From Candidatus Hermodarchaeota archaeon (GTDB taxonomy: Archaea > Asgardarchaeota > Thorarchaeia > Thorarchaeales > Thorarchaeaceae), in NCBI GenBank assembly GCA_048885865.1, contig JBHLLF010000062.1, positions 1 to 13,631 on the forward strand: 13,631 nt of DNA, given 5' to 3'. Made by a program: the position numbers and the translations under genes. Below the pieces are notes generated by a model. That model was not told where the DNA came from. It saw nothing but the letters and a program-made list of their open reading frames with translations, and ran no database searches. Of this stretch, positions 1 to 8,202 are shown in pieces. Position 1 is the first letter of the stretch; every line of letters begins with the position of its first letter.

Positions 1-1336
1 CAATTGAATTCAGATTCTCTTTCGTCCAAAGAAAATGGCGATTATGAGGCAACCCTGCTTTATTGTGGATTATTATTCTCTTCTCGATATGGTTACATAC
101 TGAACATTCGTTCCCAAACAATTCTCTTCTCATTTCTTCAACACTGAGATTTTCGGTTTCGAAATTCATACGATTCCTATCAAGTGTTATTTTTCCATGG
201 AAATCGTGATTTTTCATTTCGAGATTTTCTAGAGTTGACTTTCTAAGCGATTCAATCTCACTCCATTCCATGCCTAGTTCATCAATAGTCCAATGTGACC
301 CTCTATGACAAGCAGTGCATAACCGCTGCCATTCTTCTGGATCAATCTGCTGCAAATCTCTCAAACTCCACAGATTGATGCCTTCGTGTTCTGAACCATC
401 CTTCCTATGTATGAACGATTTTCTCGATTCACTATCAATACCACAAAACCTGCACTCTGAACCGAAAAGCTCCTCCCTAAGTTCTTTGATTTTCTCATAA
501 GTTGCATGTCTATGTTCTCTTCTGGCTTCTATTCTTTCTTCATCAGCTTCAAATGTCCTCATTGTTATTCCGCGGCGAGGTCCTCGTGATTCCCAATCCA
601 TTTCTTCGAAAACTCGAAGGACAGTATCTTTTGAAATCCCCATCTCTTTGGCTACTTCTTCTTGAGTAAGTTTCTCTTCAAAATAGAGATGAAAGATGTC
701 ATCTTCTATACCATCCATCTTTCTGGAACGAACCTCCCATTCATTTCGCTTAAACACATCTTGAACCCATTTAGTAGACATTCTAAGTTTTTCAGCCACT
801 TCGGACTGGGTAAGCTCTTCATCAAAATACAGCTGATGGGCCTCTTCTTCTAACTCTAGATTTCTCTTGGGGCGTGTTTCCCATCCTTGTTCTTCGAAGA
901 TTCTTCTAACTGCTTTCACTGACTTTAATCCAAGCTTGTCAGCTACTTCTTTTTGTGACAATCCTTCATCGAAGTATAGTCTATGGACGTCGTCTTCGAT
1001 ATCAGTAACCTTTCCAGCCCTTGCTTCCCATCCCTCTTCGCGAAAAACCCGTTGAATTGGCTTTGTTGATTTGTGGCCAAGCTTATCTGCGATTTCAGAG
1101 TGAGTCAATCCCTCTTCGAAATACATTCGAAGAATGTCTTCTCTTGTTTCATCGGCAGCGTCTTTTTCGAGTTCTGACTGAGCTTCTGATGATTCGAGCT
1201 TCTCCAATGCGCGCTTTATTCTCCGTTCCATTTCAAATTCTCTGGCAATCTCCTTGGCGATTTCTTCAGCTTTAATCTCATCAACTTCTTCTGTTTCCTT
1301 AATCCTCTCAATACGAGAGAACCTTCTTCTTTCCAT
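1..1336 (-). CDS. Partial (3' end outside window) protein of >=445 aa: charged N-terminal helix, 4 tandem HTH repeats and >=2 tandem HNH-like Zn-finger nuclease-type modules
   Basis: My translation: open from ATG at 1336 (SD-like GGGTG just upstream) to the window edge with no stop, so it is missing from the ORF track. Starts MERRRFSRIERIKETEE. Repeats such as EDILRMYFEEGLTHSEIADKLG...VFREEGWEAR occur 4 times. Then LFGSECRFCG...FIHRKDG...LCTACHRGSH and LFGNECSVCN...IIHNKAG. Confidence 0.85.
   Translation of the reverse strand, partial: MERRRFSRIERIKETEEVDEIKAEEIAKEIAREFEMERRIKRALEKLESSEAQSELEKDAADETREDILRMYFEEGLTHSEIADKLGHKSTKPIQRVFREEGWEARAGKVTDIEDDVHRLYFDEGLSQKEVADKLGLKSVKAVRRIFEEQGWETRPKRNLELEEEAHQLYFDEELTQSEVAEKLRMSTKWVQDVFKRNEWEVRSRKMDGIEDDIFHLYFEEKLTQEEVAKEMGISKDTVLRVFEEMDWESRGPRRGITMRTFEADEERIEARREHRHATYEKIKELREELFGSECRFCGIDSESRKSFIHRKDGSEHEGINLWSLRDLQQIDPEEWQRLCTACHRGSHWTIDELGMEWSEIESLRKSTLENLEMKNHDFHGKITLDRNRMNFETENLSVEEMRRELFGNECSVCNHIEKRIIIHNKAGLPHNRHFLWTKENLNSI
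584..1141 (-). repeat. Four tandem 48-49 aa HTH-type protein repeats
   Basis: Consensus (D/E)(D/E)xxxLYF(D/E)ExL(T/S)xxE(V/I)AxxLG...(V/I)xx(V/I)FxxxxWExR in four consecutive units. Confidence 0.85.
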
Positions 1337-1379
1337 GGATTACACCCAAGAGAGTTCTATCCTCTTCAATTTGTAGAAA

Positions 1380-1460
1380 TGAACACGCTATAAGCGCGTA
1401 AAAACCCAGCGACCTTCTCGGTGTAAGCGAGACATCATAGCCGGGCTAGACTACCGGCCC
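1380..1460 (-). tRNA. tRNA-Val(TAC), 5' portion only (through T-stem 5' strand, 1460-1406), possible 22-nt intron at 53/54 (1405-1384); 3' end absent from window
   Basis: Minus strand GGGCCGG TA GTCT AGCCCGGCTA TGAT G TCTCG CT-TAC-AC CGAGA AGGTC GCTGG: acceptor 5' strand, D arm, perfect anticodon stem, variable loop, T-stem 5' strand. The expected AATCCAGCCCGGCCC is not found. Confidence 0.85.
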
Positions 1461-1485
1461 CTAGCATTCTCGGAGGTTTCAATTG

Positions 1486-1493
1486 AAATAAAA
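1486..1493 (-). promoter_or_regulatory. Probable TATA box of the tRNA gene
   Basis: TTTTATTT on the minus strand 26-33 nt upstream of tRNA position 1. Confidence 0.5.
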
Positions 1494-1500
1494 GAATTGC

Positions 1501-2178
1501 TCAATGTCGAGTGGCTATCAGATGTATCTCCTGACGGGTCTTGTCAAGGGTGAGATTCAGAATTTCGACAAAACCCAGTCTAGAGACTTGCCTACGCAAC
1601 TCCTCTATTGTTTCAGGAGTGCTTCTTGCTTTGAAGGCTGCCACAAGTCGACTGCCTTTCTTCATGAGAGAAGAGAATCTCTGGATCAAGCTTATTGTGC
1701 CATCTGGGTCAGTAGTGACATCCACAAGTAGCAGATCCAGTGTGGCATCGTTGCATACAACAGATGGGTCCATTGTGAAGGCATCGTCAATTAGAATCGA
1801 AATGGTTGGATGGGTTTCCACAAGTTCTTCAAGAGTTTCTGTAAACTCATCAGAAACTTCTACACCAATAGCACGAATATTCCTCTCACCTAAAAGAGTC
1901 AAAAACCCCCCAGCGGAGCTACCAATGTCGAGGGCCAGACTGATATCCCGTAGCAGGTTTCCTTCTAAATAATCGTCAATCTCCTTGAGTTTAGCATATC
2001 CAATTGGATTATCTTGTATTACAGTTGATACAACGACCGAGTCCGTTTCTGTGATATTTTTCGACGGCTTTGAAAGAACATTATTCACTTTAACATGACC
2101 CGCTCGTATGGCGCGTTTCGCAGCCTGTCGCGATGAGAAGTAACCTTGTTCCACGAGCCAAATATCAAGTCTTGGCAT
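1501..2178 (-). CDS. TlyA-like RNA methyltransferase (S4 domain + FtsJ-type SAM domain)
   Basis: N-terminal RLDIWLVEQGYFSSRQAAKRAIRAGHVKVN (S4); LDIGSSAGGF SAM-binding motif. Confidence 0.8.
   Translation of the reverse strand: MPRLDIWLVEQGYFSSRQAAKRAIRAGHVKVNNVLSKPSKNITETDSVVVSTVIQDNPIGYAKLKEIDDYLEGNLLRDISLALDIGSSAGGFLTLLGERNIRAIGVEVSDEFTETLEELVETHPTISILIDDAFTMDPSVVCNDATLDLLLVDVTTDPDGTISLIQRFSSLMKKGSRLVAAFKARSTPETIEELRRQVSRLGFVEILNLTLDKTRQEIHLIATRH
2015..2032. repeat. 9-bp-phased site array (inside TlyA-like CDS)
   Basis: TGTATTACA GTTGATACA. Confidence 0.55.
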
Positions 2179-2938
2179 GATACTTCTCTCCCACCTCGTC
2201 CGGAATAAAGAGATGCATTGGCACGCCCCTCAGTTTTGGACCAATGGCCGCCAATATCCCAGATGCCCGTGTACTTCTTTTACATCTGAGCGAATACTCG
2301 AAGCTACCAAGTCTTTCCACTCGATAGATGTCTTCCAAGTGCTTGGATTTTTCCAGTGCATTATCCAACATCTTTCTAGTACAACCTAGAATGAGCAGCC
2401 GTTCATGATCGTCTTCCACCCACCGATTGATTTGATTGAGAAACGACTCAGCAAGCTCGGCCTCGATTTTGGGACCTCGATTGTCGATGTTTGTTATGCT
2501 GACATTGACGGGTAGGTTGTCTACAAAGATGACTGTCTTGGCAATTGCACGTAGTGGAATTTTCTCCATTGAAAGCTGTTCTCGAAGACGAAAAAGGGGA
2601 ATCAGAGTATCGACTTGAAGTGGTGTGGTTATACCAATATCGACGTATAGACCATATCCAACCTTTCCAACATCTACAAAATGCCCGGAATATGCGGAAC
2701 CAACTGAGATAGAATCGGTAGTAGTCACTGTACCATATTCTTTAGAGAGCACATTGCCAACAAATTCCTCGTCCTCTCCCTCGATCTCGATGATTATACG
2801 GTTTCTATTGTCAGTCTTTAGCCTTGCAAGACTCACTTCAAGTTCTCTTGTCATCTCAGAGATTTCCGACTCTACGGCTTGGAGGATTCTTCCTCTAAAT
2901 GGGCCATAGGCACGGGCTTTGAGAACCAGATGCTTCAC
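2165..2938 (-). CDS. DUF2110 family protein
   Basis: FVDVGKVGYGLYVDIG and C-terminal ASGILAAIGPKL motifs; position downstream of tfe as usual in archaea; GTG start. Confidence 0.8.
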   Translation of the reverse strand: MKHLVLKARAYGPFRGRILQAVESEISEMTRELEVSLARLKTDNRNRIIIEIEGEDEEFVGNVLSKEYGTVTTTDSISVGSAYSGHFVDVGKVGYGLYVDIGITTPLQVDTLIPLFRLREQLSMEKIPLRAIAKTVIFVDNLPVNVSITNIDNRGPKIEAELAESFLNQINRWVEDDHERLLILGCTRKMLDNALEKSKHLEDIYRVERLGSFEYSLRCKRSTRASGILAAIGPKLRGVPMHLFIPDEVGEKYHAKT

Positions 2939-3005
2939 CAGTCCATCTCCAGATGCCTTCTAATCCTTGCTTGCTAAGTAGGTTTCTGAATCAGGTCAGG
3001 TTTCT

Positions 3006-3533
3006 CTATGTTGTAGATGTAGCCTCTAGATCCGCCTTTAGCTCCTCTACACGTTTCTTGAGAAAGTTGATGGCCCTCTTGTTGTCAACATACTCTAACT
3101 GCTCGTTACACGAAGGACAACGAAATGATAGATTCATTGCCTCTTCGAATGGAACTGGAGATGAATCACGGTTAACACAAGCATAAAGATCGTTGTTGGT
3201 TTCGTGTTGCAGTCTCTGTTCGAGTAGGTTCAACACCATACGTTTCTTCCGATTGACAAGGGCTTGGGCCTTTTTCGGGTCGATTTTCCAGTAGTAAAGG
3301 AACCAGCCAGTGTTAGTGTCACGAATCCTACGGTATGAAGCGAGGTGATTATCGTGTAGTTTGTAGAGAATTCTGCGTACAATGTTCAATTTCAAATCGG
3401 TCTTAGTAGCAATTTCCTCATCTGTGGTTTCTTCCGCATTGACAAGGACAGACGCAACGTCCACACCTTCCTTGCCTGATATCTCTTCAACTACAAGGCG
3501 GAAAAGGTCATGATTTATGTTCGCATGTGCCAT
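3006..3533 (-). CDS. tfe: Transcription factor E (TFIIE-alpha homolog)
   Basis: TDEEIA...VRRILYKL...GWFLYYW winged helix; Zn ribbon ending FRCPSCNEQL. Confidence 0.96.
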   Translation of the reverse strand: MAHANINHDLFRLVVEEISGKEGVDVASVLVNAEETTDEEIATKTDLKLNIVRRILYKLHDNHLASYRRIRDTNTGWFLYYWKIDPKKAQALVNRKKRMVLNLLEQRLQHETNNDLYACVNRDSSPVPFEEAMNLSFRCPSCNEQLEYVDNKRAINFLKKRVEELKADLEATSTT

Positions 3534-3679
3534 TTGAAGTAATCACCCTAGCGAATGGTAGCTGGCTAGTCGACTGTGTCTTAATGTAACCAAAAGCCCT
3601 GCGTTTGGAAACTAGAACTTGCACTTACTATTATAGTATAGTATAATAGACTATTTATTCACTTCGTTTGGGTCCTATC

Positions 3680-4249
3680 TCATTCAGACTTCTGGGACTT
3701 CTTTCGCTTGACAACCACTCTGTCTCCTAATGTAGGACCACTACCAGAGCTTCCTCGAGATGTCTTGATGGGAACGGCATCGATTGGTTCAAGCAACGAG
3801 ATTTCCAATTCCCTCTCAAGACCTCTGATTGTCCTACGGGTGGGCTTGATTCGACCAGCTTCTATTGCTTGCAGTGTCGATATGCGTTCACCCACTTTTT
3901 GCGCAAGCTCCTCTTGGTTCAGTTTCTTTTTCTGCCTTGCAGTTTGTATTCTTCTAGCGAAGTCTTCCACCAACATCATGTCATCAAGGAGAGTCCCAGC
4001 CGAGCTTGGTCTAGGTTTCTTCTTGGCAGGTGATGGTGACCTGATCAGAGGAGCTGACGCTGGTTTCCTTGACTCGCCAACCCAAGACGGTTTCATCTTT
4101 GGCGCGGATGAGCCCCGATGACCAGAAACAGACTCAGAACCACCAAATCTGCTAGCACATTGAGGGCAGACGTTCATTCGAGCGCCCTCAATCTCGATAT
4201 TCCGTCCACGACCCTTCATGTTTCGGCCACAAAGTTCGCAGCTGGGCAC
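3680..4249 (-). CDS. mbf1: Archaeal multiprotein bridging factor 1 (Zn ribbon + HTH)
   Basis: CELCG...IEGARMNVCPQCASRFG ribbon, ARQKKKLNQEELAQ HTH, C-terminal TLGD; GTG start. Confidence 0.93.
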   Translation of the reverse strand: MPSCELCGRNMKGRGRNIEIEGARMNVCPQCASRFGGSESVSGHRGSSAPKMKPSWVGESRKPASAPLIRSPSPAKKKPRPSSAGTLLDDMMLVEDFARRIQTARQKKKLNQEELAQKVGERISTLQAIEAGRIKPTRRTIRGLERELEISLLEPIDAVPIKTSRGSSGSGPTLGDRVVVKRKKSQKSE

Positions 4250-4391
4250 GTTGATTATCCCTCTTCAGGTCCTTCAAAATCGGATATGTAGATAAAAGTA
4301 ACTGACTGGACGTGGGTGTAAATTGGTGCATATAGACCCTCAAAATAAACCTTTTAACATCATCAGAGAATTGAGCTGCGAGGTGCGTTGA

Positions 4392-5591
4392 TTGCCAGGA
4401 ACTACTGATGCCAAAAAAGACGGCATCGATGATTCATCCCTAACAGAAAATTACACTCGACATCTTGAACGTCGTCTTCGTGCTCTTGAAACAGAGAAGC
4501 AGATACTTCAGGCTGAGCGTTCAAGGTTGGAGAAGGAAACGCAGACTCTCCGAACCGAGCTGGAAAAGCTTAGGCAGTCACCTCTAATCACTGCGACAGT
4601 GATTGAGATGCTGGAAGATGGTAGAGCTGTTGTGAAAAGCTCTACAGGACCAAACTTCGTAGTACATGTTTCTTCATCAATAGTCAAAGAGAAGATTCAG
4701 CCCGGTATGAGAGTGGCCCTCAACCAACGGTCTTTTGCAGTCACTCAAGAGCTGCCTCCATCAAGAGATCCAATGATTAGAGCGATGGAGATTGAAGAAG
4801 CTCCTGAGGTATCATATACTGACATTGGAGGCCTCAGAGATCAGCTTCTTGAGATCAAGGAAACTGTAGAGCTGCCGCTCGTGAAACCGCATCTGTTCGA
4901 ACAGGTAGGTATTGAACCACCAAGAGGAGTTCTCCTCACTGGACCACCAGGGACAGGAAAGACGCTTTGCGCACGTGCTGTCGCAAACGAAACCAATGCA
5001 ACATTCATTCGTGTGATTGGGTCCGAACTAGTACAGAAGTTCATTGGAGAGGGAGCCCGTCTTGTACGGGAGATATTCATGCTTGCCAAAGAGAAAGCAC
5101 CAGCCATCGTTTTTGTAGATGAACTGGATGCTGTGGGTTCACATAGACTTGACATAGCCACTTCAGGGGACAGAGAGGTACAGCGAACTCTGATGCAGCT
5201 TCTTAGTGAACTGGATGGTTTTGAGAATCGAGGACAGGTGGCGGTTCTTGGTGCGACTAATCGCCCGGATATTCTTGATCCTGCATTGCTAAGACCTGGT
5301 CGCTTTGACCGAATAATCGAGTTTCCATTCCCTGACGATGACAGTCGAGAGGAGATTTTCAAGATTCACACTCGTGGTATGAATTTGGACTCAAAACTTG
5401 ACTTTGCCAAACTGGTTTCCGCCACAGCTGGCAAAACAGGTGCGGATATCAAAGCAATGTGCACTGAAGCGGGTATGTTTGCTATTCGTGAAAGTAGAGT
5501 CTGTGTACTCCAGGATGACTTTAGCAAGGCAATAGCCAAGGTCCAAAGCCGCGGTAGAGGCGACGGGGCTCCTGGCAGCATGTATTGCTAA
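4392..5591 (+). CDS. pan: Proteasome-activating nucleotidase
   Basis: Coiled coil + OB (VKSSTGP), Walker A GPPGTGKT, pore loop KFIG, DREVQRT, RPGRFDR, C-terminal HbYX motif MYC; TTG start after GAGGTG. Confidence 0.97.
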   Translation: MPGTTDAKKDGIDDSSLTENYTRHLERRLRALETEKQILQAERSRLEKETQTLRTELEKLRQSPLITATVIEMLEDGRAVVKSSTGPNFVVHVSSSIVKEKIQPGMRVALNQRSFAVTQELPPSRDPMIRAMEIEEAPEVSYTDIGGLRDQLLEIKETVELPLVKPHLFEQVGIEPPRGVLLTGPPGTGKTLCARAVANETNATFIRVIGSELVQKFIGEGARLVREIFMLAKEKAPAIVFVDELDAVGSHRLDIATSGDREVQRTLMQLLSELDGFENRGQVAVLGATNRPDILDPALLRPGRFDRIIEFPFPDDDSREEIFKIHTRGMNLDSKLDFAKLVSATAGKTGADIKAMCTEAGMFAIRESRVCVLQDDFSKAIAKVQSRGRGDGAPGSMYC

Positions 5592-5710
5592 TATGTGGTC
5601 TAACCTGCAAGATATTGTAATGCGAGAAAGACAAAGTGAGAAACATAAATCGTAGGATAGGTTATCCTAGCACCAATGATTTATGGGTTTGGCCATGATA
5701 GGGAAAGCCA

Positions 5711-6532
5711 ATGCAATATCTGGAATATCTCAGAACTCGACTGCATGGGATTATTCCTGAGGAAACTAGACTCCCATCAGGATTTCATCTAATCGGACAT
5801 GTGGCCATTCTTAGCTTAGATCAGGATTCTGTTTATTTCGCGGGTGAAATTGGAAAGGCGACGCTAGAGTATGATGCAAGGATCAAATCAGTTGCAATGA
5901 AGACTGGTCCTACCAAAGGACGTGTTCGCAAACCGGATTATACCTTGATTGCAGGAGACTCAAATACTCTCACAACACATGTTGAGGGAGGGGTGAGTTT
6001 CAGAGTCGATCCACTACGATTTACATTCTCTGGAGGAAACCTTGCAGAGAGAATTAGAATGGGCAGAGTTATTGAATCAGAGGAAAAGGTCCTAGACATG
6101 TTTGCTTGCGTTGGACAATTCTCACTGCATGCAGCGAAGACTGGAAAGGCCGAAGTAACCTCCATTGAGATTAATCCCGAAGCATATGAGCTGCTGATTG
6201 AGAATGTCGGTCTGAACGATCTGACTGATAGAGTGAGTGCGATTCTAGGTGATTGTCGCGATGTGCATCCGACCAACTGTATTAATCGTGTGATAATGGG
6301 ATATCTTCATGACACTCAGGAGTACTTGATTCATGCACTGGAAGCTTTAGTGCCAGATGGGGGAGTAGTGCACATGCATATTGCACTGTCTGAAAACGAC
6401 CTTTCTAGAACTACTGAAGTGGTAAAAGGTATCTGCTCAGGTCAGGGATTTACATCTCAAGTTTCAATTCGCCAAGTAAAGATGTATGCCCCAAACATCG
6501 GTCACTATGTATTTGATATCGTAGTGAAATAA
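5711..6532 (+). CDS. taw2: tRNA wyosine-pathway aminocarboxypropyltransferase Taw2/TYW2 (Met-10+/Trm5 superfamily)
   Basis: FSGGNLAERIRM, VLDMFACVGQFS, EINP, RVIMGY, VKMYAP motifs. Confidence 0.8.
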   Translation: MQYLEYLRTRLHGIIPEETRLPSGFHLIGHVAILSLDQDSVYFAGEIGKATLEYDARIKSVAMKTGPTKGRVRKPDYTLIAGDSNTLTTHVEGGVSFRVDPLRFTFSGGNLAERIRMGRVIESEEKVLDMFACVGQFSLHAAKTGKAEVTSIEINPEAYELLIENVGLNDLTDRVSAILGDCRDVHPTNCINRVIMGYLHDTQEYLIHALEALVPDGGVVHMHIALSENDLSRTTEVVKGICSGQGFTSQVSIRQVKMYAPNIGHYVFDIVVK

Positions 6533-6610
6533 GAAAACACTGTTCAAGCGTAAGCATTTTATCTCCTCCTTCGAATGTCAGATTGAATACCTAGACTTGA
6601 GGATTGAACA

Positions 6611-7012
6611 ATGTCACGCAGACGTGGTCAACGTGGGATGTCACCTAGAGCAATTGCTCGAATGATGAAACAGATGGGTATCGAACAGCAAGATGTGCCT
6701 GGTGTCAAGGAAGTGATATTCCGTTTTGCAGACAAAGAATGGGTAGTTAATGATCCTCAGGTGTTGCTGGTGAAACAAGCTGGTAGTGAATCGTTCCAAG
6801 TATCAGGCACAAAGCTGGAACGTGGTTTGACTGCAGCTGCAGAAGGTGGCGAGGAGGCTGCTCAAGAACCAGTGAAGGAGATTGAGATTCCAATGGAAGA
6901 CGCTGCACTTGTTGCAGCACAGACTGGAGTTGATATCGAAATAGCAAAAGAAGCTCTGCAAGAAACTCAGGGAGATCTTGCAGCTGCAATTTTGAAGTTA
7001 CGGCATACATAG
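6611..7012 (+). CDS. nac: Nascent polypeptide-associated complex protein
   Basis: RMMKQMGI NAC domain start; C-terminal UBA-like LVAAQTGV...GDLAAAILKL. Confidence 0.95.
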   Translation: MSRRRGQRGMSPRAIARMMKQMGIEQQDVPGVKEVIFRFADKEWVVNDPQVLLVKQAGSESFQVSGTKLERGLTAAAEGGEEAAQEPVKEIEIPMEDAALVAAQTGVDIEIAKEALQETQGDLAAAILKLRHT

Positions 7013-7031
7013 CTGTAATACAGCTAATACA
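7010..7031. repeat. 9-bp-phased site array between convergent nac and atpD
   Basis: TGTAATACA GCTAATACA (7014-7031); the first unit is the centre of a 17-bp palindrome TAGCTGTA-A-TACAGCTA (7010-7026). Confidence 0.75.
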
Positions 7032-7035
7032 TATC

Positions 7036-7668
7036 TTAGCTCTCAGACTCCATCTGTTCTTTGAGGAACTTGAGCCTGAAGAAGTCCTCACGTTCTCTCT
7101 CTTCAAGAGCTTGCTTTACATACCGTGCCGTTGCATCCAGTCTAGGAATCACAATAGTTTCAAGAGCAGAAACACGTCTCTTGGTTCGCTCAATTTCAAT
7201 CGCCAGTCGTTTGACGGTCGAATCAACCTCGGCAAGACGAACTACAGCTTTCATGGCCTCGTTAAACCTAGTTGACATGACATCGAGCTGGACGCTTGAA
7301 TCTGGAAGAGAGTATGGGAGCTCGGGAATGTGTTGTTCTACGGACAGTACTGGAACTACTACACCCATCATAGATCTCGTAGAGATTCTCAGGTCAGCTT
7401 GGACTTTGCTTGCATTGGCAAACTCAACGACCTCAGCTGGACCCATGACCATCTTTGTCTTTGTTAGTGCGGAGAATGCTGAAGCAAGAGCCGCTTCCAC
7501 CTCCTCCCGAGTCTTCTTAATTTCTTCAATTGAGTTGAAGAACTCCATGATTAATGAGTCGCGTTTCTCTTTGAGAAGATTGTGACCTCGTTCTGCGAGT
7601 CTCATCCTATTTTTCAGTCGCAGAAGCTCCATGCGAGTCGTCTTTGTTCCAGGTAGAATTTTGCTCAT
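7036..7668 (-). CDS. atpD: A/V-type ATP synthase subunit D
   Basis: TRMELLRLK...RGHNLLKEKRDSL; EIERTKRRVSALE; LEEREREDFFRLK. Confidence 0.96.
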   Translation of the reverse strand: MSKILPGTKTTRMELLRLKNRMRLAERGHNLLKEKRDSLIMEFFNSIEEIKKTREEVEAALASAFSALTKTKMVMGPAEVVEFANASKVQADLRISTRSMMGVVVPVLSVEQHIPELPYSLPDSSVQLDVMSTRFNEAMKAVVRLAEVDSTVKRLAIEIERTKRRVSALETIVIPRLDATARYVKQALEEREREDFFRLKFLKEQMESES

Positions 7669-7744
7669 TGATATTCACTTCGAAGGATGAGATTGGTGCA
7701 GTCAGTCGTGCTATATTGATGTCCTAAAACTCTTGTGATGCACA

Positions 7745-8023
7745 TCATGCAAATGTAATGACTAGGGCACTGACAAGAATGGCAAACGCACAGATGATCA
7801 ACCAGTCTCGGAGATACTTCTTAACCAATCGGGGTCTGTCGTTTATCTGTCCAGTTGTGATAAGTGTCGTGAGGGAGATAAACAAGAATGCGAAGGGGAG
7901 GGCAACTGCTGGGCTTGTTAGCTCCACATCTGCGATTAGGATTATTGCTGCCAAACCTCCGAAGATTAGGAAACTGAGTATCATCAGAGAGTTCAGGACG
8001 TGCCGTATTCGATCGACATCCAT
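7745..8023 (-). CDS. Small membrane protein, ~3 predicted TM helices (92 aa)
   Basis: Three hydrophobic stretches; start moved to ATG 8023 (MDVDRIRH), which follows GGAG. Confidence 0.75.
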   Translation of the reverse strand: MDVDRIRHVLNSLMILSFLIFGGLAAIILIADVELTSPAVALPFAFLFISLTTLITTGQINDRPRLVKKYLRDWLIICAFAILVSALVITFA

Positions 8024-8161
8024 TCGAGGATTCTCCTGTGTGATTGACGGGTCATGCCCGACCGTGCATTCATGCCTATTCATTCTGTTCAAAAAGGTTG
8101 CGTCTTGGAAAAGCCAGACTGAAAGTCTACCACACTACTTATTAGTGGGCATCTGGGTGAT

Positions 8162-8188
8162 TGTATTACAAGAAGTACATGTGATACC
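8162..8188. repeat. Triple 9-bp-phased site array upstream of the ATPase gene (candidate operator/centromere)
   Basis: TGTATTACA AGAAGTACA TGTGATACC, ending 14 nt before the ATG at 8203. Confidence 0.75.
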
Positions 8189-8202
8189 ATGAGGTTCACA
8201 TC

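Noticed and set aside
315-1275. Four short + strand ORFs in the track
   Set aside because: Antisense shadows of the long minus-strand HTH/HNH ORF.
1335-1341. AATCCA on the minus strand as a further tRNA exon piece completing TTCA-AATCCA
   Set aside because: Only 6 nt, lies between the SD and start codon of the ORF, and has no supporting splice structure; likely chance.
5712-5729. TGCAATATC TGGAATATC as another phased array
   Set aside because: Three mismatches per unit and explained by the QYLEYL peptide repeat.
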